Positions 28,820-36,823 of a stretch of DNA of 64,000 bases are shown here, in pieces. This DNA is from Terrimicrobiaceae bacterium (GTDB taxonomy: Bacteria > Verrucomicrobiota > Verrucomicrobiia > Chthoniobacterales > JAATET01). Each line of letters starts with the position of its first letter. Position 1 is the first letter of the stretch. The DNA lies in contig JAQTOP010000004.1 of assembly GCA_028713285.1 (NCBI GenBank), positions 20,241 through 84,240 on the forward strand, in the 5' to 3' direction. A program made the position numbers and the translations under genes. The notes under the pieces are model-generated. The model was given only the letters and a program-made list of their open reading frames with translations. It searched no databases and was not told where the DNA came from.

Positions 28820-30109
28820 TCAGGCGAGCGTCCCAACCCCATCGTGGACCGATATCGTCGCCCTGGGACGCTTGATCGCGGGAATTTGACGAGGTCGATT
28901 CGTGGCATGCAATCCCGCTTTCACCTTCGGATGCACGGTGTTCAATCCGAAGGTGAGATGCCCGGAGAAAATCAAGAAACCGAAGCAGACCGCGTTGAAC
29001 GTCGTAAAAATGCCAAATCCTTTGGAAAAATGGCCGCTGCCAAGGATTTGTCGCTTTTGGTTCCACTGCTTGAATATGTCATGACCAATGAGGAGCACCG
29101 CGTGGTATAATCCATAAATCAGAAAATTAGGCGCCAGTCCGTGCCAGACGCCCATCAAGCCGAACGTCAATCCATAGCCCACGTGCGAGGCATTCCGGTT
29201 ATTCTTGAACCATTTGTTCCTGGCCGCTGTGAGAACGAACCGCATGTAAACATGGTCGCGGAACCAGCTTGAAAGGCTGATGTGCCAGCGAGTCCAGAAA
29301 TCCCGGATGTCCGCCGCCAGGAAGGGGCGGTTGAAGTTTTCCGGCGTGTGGATGCCAAACAAATAACTGGCTCCCACGGCAAAGGCGCTGTAGCCGGCAA
29401 AATCGAAGAAAAGGAACGCGCTATAAGCATACATATACGAGACCATCGCCGCCGCGCCCGCCTGTGCTCCAACGGGGTCAAGCCAGTATTTCTTGACCAG
29501 ATAGGCTATGATAAACTTATAGAAGAGCCCGCGGAAGATATGGTGGACGGCCGCGTCCAGGTCAGACACAAGCCGGGGCCGATCCGGCAGCGATAGCCAG
29601 TCTTTTTCGAATCGCCGGTAGCGGTCGATCGGACCTGACGAAAGCGGCGGGAAGAAAAATAAAAAGGCGAGAAGCTGGACTGCGTCCAAAGAGAGGATCA
29701 GTCCGTCGTCCAGACCAAAGATGACGTCCAGGCTTCGGAACGTTACATAAGATATCCCTAGAAATCCAAAGGAGATGCCTTTGGTAAAATAGGGAATCAA
29801 CCGGCAGGCAATCAGCGGCAGCAAAGTCAATGCGAGCGCAAGGTAAAACAACCATCTGCGTTCGCCGGATTTGGACGGAACGATCCGGCAGAGCTTTGCA
29901 AAGACCAGGGCGACGCCCGCCTGAAGCATCGCGAAAATGCCGAGCGAGATCAGGGCCGGACGGGATGTCGAGAATTGGAGGGCAATGACAATCGCCGATG
30001 CGCCGACAATCCAATAGCGAACGTCCTTCCCAAGCCTTCGAAGCAGCAGAATGGGCGCCGCGAATGCGAGGAGTGCGCCGAAATAGCCAAGGTCGGTATA
30101 AGGGATCAC
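28820..30109 (-). CDS. dltB: DltB-type MBOAT D-alanyl transferase
   Basis: Motifs FLGISYVTFR, SSGPIDRYRRF, YLFGIHTPENFNRPF, FWTRWHISLSSWFRDHVYMRF, catalytic GVWHG, YGLYH. Confidence 0.92.
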   Translation of the reverse strand: MIPYTDLGYFGALLAFAAPILLLRRLGKDVRYWIVGASAIVIALQFSTSRPALISLGIFAMLQAGVALVFAKLCRIVPSKSGERRWLFYLALALTLLPLIACRLIPYFTKGISFGFLGISYVTFRSLDVIFGLDDGLILSLDAVQLLAFLFFFPPLSSGPIDRYRRFEKDWLSLPDRPRLVSDLDAAVHHIFRGLFYKFIIAYLVKKYWLDPVGAQAGAAAMVSYMYAYSAFLFFDFAGYSAFAVGASYLFGIHTPENFNRPFLAADIRDFWTRWHISLSSWFRDHVYMRFVLTAARNKWFKNNRNASHVGYGLTFGLMGVWHGLAPNFLIYGLYHAVLLIGHDIFKQWNQKRQILGSGHFSKGFGIFTTFNAVCFGFLIFSGHLTFGLNTVHPKVKAGLHATNRPRQIPAIKRPRATISVHDGVGTLA

Positions 30110-31572
30110 AGCAATTCCCCCAGTTTGTCCCGATTCGCCTTTCCATTGGCCGTCATCGGAAATGTTTCCAGGAAGATAAATCGTTTGGGCACCATGTAGG
30201 CCGGCAGGCTCTTCGAGAGTTCGCCGCGCATTGCGAGCAGCAACTCGAGATCGGACGCTTCTCCGCGGCCCAGTAAGATCACAAATGCGGCCAGCGCATC
30301 GGGTCGGCCGTTTTTCAGAACGGGAAGGACGATCGCGTCGCGAACTCCGGGCAATTCCCGCAAATTCGCCTCGATGTCGCCCAGCTCGATTCGATAGCCG
30401 CTTAGCTTGATCTGGTCATCCATCCTCCCGGTCACGAAAAGCAATCCTGTCGAATCGAGGTAACCGAGGTCGCCGGTTCGATAGGATGCGGCTCCATTCC
30501 CGCCGGAAAATACCCGCTCGCTCAATTCGGGTTGTCCGAGGTATCCGGAACTCACGTTCGCGCCGCGAATAAGAATCTCTCCGGGAGTTCCGGGAGGCAT
30601 CGGAGAGCCGGATTCATCCATGATCTCCACCTGGACTCCGGGCATTGGGAATCCCACCGGCAGGGAGCTGTGTCTGGCTAAAGTCTCTTTGTCCAGCCGG
30701 ATGGATGTCATCGCCACCGTCGCTTCGGTCGGACCATAAGTATTCCAGACCGATGCGGAAGGAAATCGATCCAGGAGCGCCCCCGCAACGAATGGCGGCA
30801 GCGTTTCTCCGCAAAACAGAAAACGGCGCATGCCCGGCAGCAACTCCTCCCGAAATTGCGAATCGGCGAGGCATAGTTGCGCGAAAGACGGCGTGGAGAC
30901 CCAGGTCGTCACACTGGAGACGGCCAGAACCTCATAGAGCCGCTTCAAGTTGGAAACATCCTCCTTCGTCACGCTGAACAGGGTGCCTCCTGTAACCAGC
31001 GACAGATAGAGGTCCATCACGGACAGGTCGAAGGAAAACGGCGCCTGATTCAAAAAGACTTCGTCGCCATTCGCGAAGCGCTGCTCCGCAAGCATCCAGT
31101 TCAAGAAAACGGAAAGATTCGCCGACGTGATCACCACCCCCTTGGGCTCTCCGGTGCTGCCTGAGGTGAAAATGACATAATGCGGTGCGCCGGGATCCCT
31201 CGGTGGCAGTCGGGGCCTTTCACGAGGTGCCTCCGCGATCCGTTTGGAAACATCCTCCGGAGTGAGAATCGTCGCGCACTCCGACCGATTCGCAATCTGC
31301 GCAATCCGCGTCCGAGGCAGCGAGGTATCCACCGGAACATAGGCGCGTCCCGCCTTCAGGACGCCGAGGAATGCGATCAGCATTTCCGGCTCCTTATGTC
31401 CCAACACCAAAACCGGCGAAGCGTTCTCCGGAAGGGTGACCAGGAGACTCGCTGCCAGGAAATCGGAGGCGTCAAGCAGTTCTCCGTAGGTCAGCTTACG
31501 GGCCCCGCTCACGTGGGCGATTCGATCCGGAGTCAGACGACCCCAGCGGTCAATGGAACCGACGATATCCAC
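30106..31572 (-). CDS. dltA: D-alanine--D-alanyl carrier protein ligase
   Basis: Stand-alone adenylation domain: FTSGSTGEPKGV, NQAPFSFDLSVMDLY, WVSTPSF, FLFCGE, NTYGPTEATVA, PMTANGK. Confidence 0.92.
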   Translation of the reverse strand: MDIVGSIDRWGRLTPDRIAHVSGARKLTYGELLDASDFLAASLLVTLPENASPVLVLGHKEPEMLIAFLGVLKAGRAYVPVDTSLPRTRIAQIANRSECATILTPEDVSKRIAEAPRERPRLPPRDPGAPHYVIFTSGSTGEPKGVVITSANLSVFLNWMLAEQRFANGDEVFLNQAPFSFDLSVMDLYLSLVTGGTLFSVTKEDVSNLKRLYEVLAVSSVTTWVSTPSFAQLCLADSQFREELLPGMRRFLFCGETLPPFVAGALLDRFPSASVWNTYGPTEATVAMTSIRLDKETLARHSSLPVGFPMPGVQVEIMDESGSPMPPGTPGEILIRGANVSSGYLGQPELSERVFSGGNGAASYRTGDLGYLDSTGLLFVTGRMDDQIKLSGYRIELGDIEANLRELPGVRDAIVLPVLKNGRPDALAAFVILLGRGEASDLELLLAMRGELSKSLPAYMVPKRFIFLETFPMTANGKANRDKLGELL

Positions 31573-31582
31573 GCAACGATGC

Positions 31583-31717
31583 TTAGAATCCCTGGTAGAT
31601 GAATTCCGGCGTCTTGAAGGAACCGGAGGAATAAATCAGAAAGAGCGCCAGGATGACGAACAGGTAATATAGCGCCAGGAGCGCAAATCTAATCCAGGGC
31701 GGCAGGGAGTTTGTCAT
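31583..31717 (-). CDS. dltX: DltX acyl-shuttle peptide, 44 aa (not in ORF track)
   Basis: MTNSLPPWIRFALLALYYLFVILALFLIYSSGSFKTPEFIYQGF*; one TM helix plus C-terminal FIYxxF motif, directly upstream of dltA. Confidence 0.9.
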   Translation of the reverse strand: MTNSLPPWIRFALLALYYLFVILALFLIYSSGSFKTPEFIYQGF

Positions 31718-32921
31718 GATAAAATTGATCGATTGTCCTGTTAAAAATCATCCAGCCTTTTGCGCTGGGGTGGCCGAGGCTGTCGCCAAAGAAATCGGGG
31801 TCGTTTTCATGCTCTTGATACGTCACCACCGGGAAATGGAACGAGCGCACCTCGTCTCGAAGGCGCGCGTAGTAATATCCACGTTGAGCCGCGGTGACCC
31901 CAACGGTGTCAAATGATCTCGCATTGATCGGAATATTGATGATCAACGGTCTCGCGCCCAATTCGCGAAGGGTTTGCAAAAGGATTTTCAGGTGACTCCA
32001 CTCATCGGAGGAATCGAGCATGGAGGTAAACGAAGCATCGCGCTTGCCTTTGATCTTTTGGTAAAGCTTTCGTGCGGACGGGTCGCTGCTGGACTTCTGT
32101 TCGGCGTCGTAGGCCGTCTCGGAAACTTTGTCCGCATCGTCCACGAGCTGGCGCCAGTCGGGACTCGTTTTCCTGTGCCGCCGCCTGTCGATCAAGAGCG
32201 CGGGATGCTCGAGGCATTCACTGGTCAGGGAAAACGCCGTCTGCCACCGATCCAGCGTTTGCAGCATAAAGTCGTCGGTTTTACCTAAATCCGTCACCAG
32301 GCGATCCCCGGCCGCCCCATTGGAATTGACGAGACGTTCGAGCCCCATGCGCAACAGGTCGTGCCCCGCCAGCGTTTCCGGATACTTTAGCATTTCCTGC
32401 GCAAATTGTTTCTTTAGAGACAGGGACAGCGGGCTGTCAAAAATCAGTTCGCTCGCCTGAAGGGCGGAGAAATTGCCATCGTAATAGGACACGCCTTCCC
32501 TTCGCGCAAGAAACCACGTCGGCGAAAGGATGATGACGACTTTCTTTCCGCGCAATTTGCCGCCGACCGCAGCCAGCCGCTGGGCAATGATGAACGTCTT
32601 CGCGCCGGCCTTTCCGACCGTAAACAATTCAAAGCCGGTTGGATACTTCGAGAAGAAAATCCTGCCTGCATAAATCGAGTCGTTTAGGAATTCCGAGCTG
32701 CCATAGATCGGCAGCAGGTCCTTGCTGGCGAACGCCGCATCCTGCAAGGCGATCCCCTGGTCTTTTACCGCGAGCATTTGCGGTGCGGTCAAATGGGCGA
32801 GCCGCCTTTCGAGATGAAGGCTGCCGAAAAGCACGCTTAGAAGAATCGCGGCCACCGCCCCCGCGATAACGGCTGCGGAAACGTGCGGCGCGCGAAGCCA
32901 GAATCGAATCGTTTCCGCCAT
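31689..32921 (-). CDS. dltD: DltD-type SGNH-like D-alanyl transferase
   Basis: N-terminal TM helix; LPIYGSSE; KKVVIILSPTWF; C-terminal DSLGHPSAKGW. Confidence 0.9.
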   Translation of the reverse strand: MAETIRFWLRAPHVSAAVIAGAVAAILLSVLFGSLHLERRLAHLTAPQMLAVKDQGIALQDAAFASKDLLPIYGSSEFLNDSIYAGRIFFSKYPTGFELFTVGKAGAKTFIIAQRLAAVGGKLRGKKVVIILSPTWFLARREGVSYYDGNFSALQASELIFDSPLSLSLKKQFAQEMLKYPETLAGHDLLRMGLERLVNSNGAAGDRLVTDLGKTDDFMLQTLDRWQTAFSLTSECLEHPALLIDRRRHRKTSPDWRQLVDDADKVSETAYDAEQKSSSDPSARKLYQKIKGKRDASFTSMLDSSDEWSHLKILLQTLRELGARPLIINIPINARSFDTVGVTAAQRGYYYARLRDEVRSFHFPVVTYQEHENDPDFFGDSLGHPSAKGWMIFNRTIDQFYHDKLPAALD

Positions 32922-32929
32922 GCCTGGTG

Positions 32930-33205
32930 CTAATGGGTGCCCTGCCCGAGCTTTTTCCGGACGAATTCGGCAATCGCACGCGGCGTGGCCACATCCTCCT
33001 CCTCGATCTCCCCCGGCGCGATATCGATTTCGAATTGTTCCGAAAGGGCAAGGATCAAGCTGACGATCCCAAGCGAATCGAGCAGTCCAAGCTCCCGAAT
33101 TTTCAAATCGCCCGCGTCCCGCAGCTCCTCGACTCCGGTAATGGAAACCAGCGCCTTCGCGACCCCTTCGCGCACAAATTCCCGGGTGCGGTCTGCGTCC
33201 CTCAT
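32930..33205 (-). CDS. dltC: D-alanyl carrier protein
   Basis: Phosphopantetheine site GLLDSLGIV and ATPRAI; start trimmed to MRDADR. Confidence 0.85.
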   Translation of the reverse strand: MRDADRTREFVREGVAKALVSITGVEELRDAGDLKIRELGLLDSLGIVSLILALSEQFEIDIAPGEIEEEDVATPRAIAEFVRKKLGQGTH

Positions 33206-33437
33206 GCGAAAGCTGGATTCAAGAAATCCGCCCGCGCCGCAAATTCGGTCAAGGCTGCCAACGATGGGCGGGTGTCGGAATACGGCATCGGCGTGAAGCG
33301 GCGGCAAGATAGGGCGCCGCCGATCGACTGCAACTGGAAATTCGCGAAATTCGGCGATTTTTCCGCCGATCGACCGGCGGGAATCGGATTCGAGATGGAC
33401 ATTCGGCCGCGCTGCGGTTTCTTGCGTGCGATAGGCG

Positions 33438-34535
33438 ATGCAACTTCATCCCGCGATTTTATCGATCAGTCTTGCCCTGCTGCCGGGCTCTGTCTTCGCC
33501 CATGGCTCCGTGCTATCGCTGATGAAACAGACAGCGTCGGAGCTTCTCAGCGAAGGGGCGCCCGGCCTCTCGATGGTGGTAATTGCGAAGGGGCGTGCGT
33601 ATTACTGGAACGCGGGGAGCAGCGGCAGGCCCGGCCTGGATGTGACGGAACACACGCTTTTTGAAACGGCCTCGATCAGCAAGGTCTTTACGACGACGCT
33701 ACTGGGAATCGATGTGGCGCGGGGCAGGAAGGCGCTGAACGATCCGGTTCGCAAATACCTCCATGGGAGGCCGCTTCAGCCGCGCATGCGGGCCGCGACT
33801 CTCGAAATGCTCGCCACGTTCACAGCCGGTCTGCCCGGCGAGCCGCCCGATTTCCGGGTGCTTCGAACCAGCGAGCATGGCATCGCGAACTACACGGTCT
33901 CCGACTTCCTTCATTTTATCAGTCTCTGGCGGCCGGCCGCCCTTCTGCCCGCCCCGCGATTCTACAGCGATGCAAGCGTCGGCTTGCTCGGGTTGTGCCT
34001 CGGGGATTTGCGCCTCACCACATGGGAAAACCGATTGCGCCGGGAAATCTTCCGCCCGCTCGGCATGAGTGATACCGCGCTGCAACTCGATGCCGGCCGG
34101 AGGAGTCGCCTGGCCCGCGGCGAGCAGAGCGACGGCTCTCCCGCGGACGACTGGGTGATCGATGCCTTTGCGGCCGCCGATGGAATCAAATCCACCGCGT
34201 TCGACCTTTCCCATTTTCTCACGGCGCTTCTTGGAGAGGACCCCTCGGTGTCGAATCGCCTCGCGGCGGGAATGGCCATCGCCACGGAAACGGGTTTCCC
34301 AATATTCAATGGTCACGGATTTCAGGCCCTCGCCTGGACGTGGGCGCCGCTAACCATTGGCGGCAGGCAGTTCTGGATCGTCACCAAAAACGGCAACATC
34401 CCCGGCTTCTCGAGCCAGATTTCCTTCAACCGCGATCTCGGAATCGGCGCGGCCATCCTGGCAAATCGCGGCGATCTACCGGTGCGGAACATCGAGCTGG
34501 ATTTGATGAAACGCGTCGCCGCCATCGCGCGCTGA
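33438..34535 (+). CDS. Secreted serine hydrolase, beta-lactamase (class C)/PBP fold
   Basis: Signal peptide; FETASISKVF (SxxK), YSD, PLGMSDT, KNG...GFSS. Confidence 0.88.
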   Translation: MQLHPAILSISLALLPGSVFAHGSVLSLMKQTASELLSEGAPGLSMVVIAKGRAYYWNAGSSGRPGLDVTEHTLFETASISKVFTTTLLGIDVARGRKALNDPVRKYLHGRPLQPRMRAATLEMLATFTAGLPGEPPDFRVLRTSEHGIANYTVSDFLHFISLWRPAALLPAPRFYSDASVGLLGLCLGDLRLTTWENRLRREIFRPLGMSDTALQLDAGRRSRLARGEQSDGSPADDWVIDAFAAADGIKSTAFDLSHFLTALLGEDPSVSNRLAAGMAIATETGFPIFNGHGFQALAWTWAPLTIGGRQFWIVTKNGNIPGFSSQISFNRDLGIGAAILANRGDLPVRNIELDLMKRVAAIAR

Positions 34536-34594
34536 GACGGACCTGCCTGACGAACATGATTCTTGCGGGCGGCCCGATTTGCTAGGCTGTTTCG

Positions 34595-36799
34595 ATGTCC
34601 CGATTCGCGCGCGTCCTGCTGGACCAATCCGCCCGCAAGCCGCTCGATTACCGCATCCCGGCCGAGCTCGATAGCCGCTTGAAGCCAGGCTCGCGCGTGC
34701 GCGTGCCGCTCCGCACCCGCGTCGTCCTGGCCACCGTCGTCGCGGTGCTCGATGAAAGCGACGCCCGCGGCGTGCGCGACGTCGCGGCGCTCCTGAACGA
34801 TGACGCTCTCGTGCGGCCAGCCCTGATGCGTCTCGCGCTCTGGATGGCGGACTACTACTGCTGCCCCGAGGAGATCGCCCTGCGCGCCGTGCTGCCGGTC
34901 GTCATTCGCAAGGCCGAACTCACGCACAAGCAGCAGCTTTTCGTCGCGCTGGCCAGGCCGCCGGATGAGCAGGAGCGCCGCGAACTGGAACGCCGCGCGC
35001 CGCGTCAGCTCGACGTCATCCGCCGCCTCGAACGCTCCGGCGAACCCGTCGAGCTGGCGGAATTGGGCGGATTGCGCGCCGCCGCAAAATCGCTGGAAAA
35101 ACGCGGCCTCGTCCGCATCGAGCTTGAACGCATCGCGCGGGATCCCGAGGGGGAATACCTCCCCTCGCAGGATCTCGCGCTCAATCCCGAGCAGGCCGCC
35201 GCGCTGCGCGTTGTCTGCGGCGCGATCGACGATCCGGCGGGCGCGAAGCCGATTCTATTGCACGGCGTGACCGGCAGCGGCAAGACGGAGGTCTATTTGC
35301 AGGGGCTGCGCCACGCGCTCGCCGCCGGGAAAACCGCGCTCGTTCTCGTGCCGGAAATCTCGCTCACGCCCCAGGCCGTCGAGCGGTTCAAGTCGCGTTT
35401 CTCCGGCATTCAATCGCGCATCGCCGTGCTGCACAGCCACCTCTCGGAGGGCGAGCGGCACGACGAGTGGCACAAGATTCATTCCGGCGGCGCGCGCATC
35501 GTGATCGGAGCGCGCAGCGCGATCTTCGCGCCGCTCGAAAATCTCGGCCTCATCGTCGTCGATGAGGAGCACGAAAACTCCTACAAACAGGAGGACGCGC
35601 CCCGCTACCACGCGCGCGACGTGGCGGTCTATCGGGCCGCCATCGAAAACTGCGCGATCGTGCTCGGCAGCGCGACTCCTTCGCTCGAAAGCTACCACAA
35701 CGCGAAGACGGGCAAATACCGCCTGCTCGAGATGCCGTCACGCATCGACGACCGCACCATGCCGCTCATCCGCGTGGTCGATCTGCGGCTGCAAAACCGC
35801 CGGAAGGGCCAGCCGCAGGTCCTCTCCGCGATGCTCTGCGCGGCCATCGAGCGCCGGCTCGCCGTGGGCCAGCAAACGATCCTGTTTCTCAACCGGCGCG
35901 GCTACTCCTCCGCCCTGCTCTGCCTCGCATGCGGCCACGTCGCGCATTGCCCGAATTGCAGCGTCGCGCTCACGTATCACCGCGACGACGAGCGCATCCG
36001 CTGCCACCTGTGCGGCCATTCCGAGCGGGCGCCAAAGGCCTGTCCGGCGTGCCGCGATCCCGGGATTCGCCAGGCGGGCTACGGCACGCAAAAGGTCGAG
36101 GAGGCCGTGCGCAAGGTCTTCCCCGCCGCGCGGGTCGCCCGCATGGATGCCGACTCGATGGCGCGCAAGGGCGGCTACCGCGAAACGCTCGACCGCTTCC
36201 AGGCGCACAAGATCGACATTCTCGTCGGCACGCAAATGATCGCGAAGGGCCTCCATTTCCCGAACGTCACGCTCGTCGGCATCGTGAATGCGGACATCGG
36301 GCTGCACATGGCGGACTTCCGCGCGGGTGAGCGGACGTTTCAATTGCTCACGCAGGTCGCCGGCCGCGCGGGCCGCGGCGAGACCGAGGGCGAGGTGCTG
36401 GTGCAGACCTTCACGCCCGCGCATCCGTCCATTCAGCATGCGCGGCACCACGACTTTGCCGGATTCTGGGAGCATGAATCCGCGTTTCGCCGCGCGTTTG
36501 GGCATCCGCCTTTTCAGCGCTTCGTGCTCCTCACGGTGCGTGGCGTGCAGGCCGAGACCGCGCTGTTCACCGCGCAGACGCTTGCGCGCCGGCTGCGCGA
36601 GGCGGCGGGGGATATCACCGTCGGGGAGCCCGCGCCCGCCCCGCTCGCGCGCGTGAAGGGCGAGCACCGTTTCCACCTCGCCTTGCGCGGGCCGAGCGCC
36701 GTGCGGATGAGCCGCATGGTGAAGTCGGCGCTTGCAAAGCTGACGCTGCCGCGGGAGGTGCGGGTCGCCGTGGATGTGGACGCATTGCAACTGCTGTGA
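34595..36799 (+). CDS. priA: Primosomal protein N'
   Basis: Motifs GVTGSGKTEVY, DEEHE, four CxxC, GTQMIAKGLHFP, QVAGRAGR. Confidence 0.97.
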   Translation: MSRFARVLLDQSARKPLDYRIPAELDSRLKPGSRVRVPLRTRVVLATVVAVLDESDARGVRDVAALLNDDALVRPALMRLALWMADYYCCPEEIALRAVLPVVIRKAELTHKQQLFVALARPPDEQERRELERRAPRQLDVIRRLERSGEPVELAELGGLRAAAKSLEKRGLVRIELERIARDPEGEYLPSQDLALNPEQAAALRVVCGAIDDPAGAKPILLHGVTGSGKTEVYLQGLRHALAAGKTALVLVPEISLTPQAVERFKSRFSGIQSRIAVLHSHLSEGERHDEWHKIHSGGARIVIGARSAIFAPLENLGLIVVDEEHENSYKQEDAPRYHARDVAVYRAAIENCAIVLGSATPSLESYHNAKTGKYRLLEMPSRIDDRTMPLIRVVDLRLQNRRKGQPQVLSAMLCAAIERRLAVGQQTILFLNRRGYSSALLCLACGHVAHCPNCSVALTYHRDDERIRCHLCGHSERAPKACPACRDPGIRQAGYGTQKVEEAVRKVFPAARVARMDADSMARKGGYRETLDRFQAHKIDILVGTQMIAKGLHFPNVTLVGIVNADIGLHMADFRAGERTFQLLTQVAGRAGRGETEGEVLVQTFTPAHPSIQHARHHDFAGFWEHESAFRRAFGHPPFQRFVLLTVRGVQAETALFTAQTLARRLREAAGDITVGEPAPAPLARVKGEHRFHLALRGPSAVRMSRMVKSALAKLTLPREVRVAVDVDALQLL

Positions 36800-36823
36800 G
36801 CAAGTGAAGGATTGAGACAGACG

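Noticed and set aside
30106-33205. NRPS or secondary-metabolite cluster reading of the A domain plus carrier
   Set aside because: No condensation or thioesterase domain is present, and DltB, DltD and DltX partners with DltA-specific motifs explain it better.
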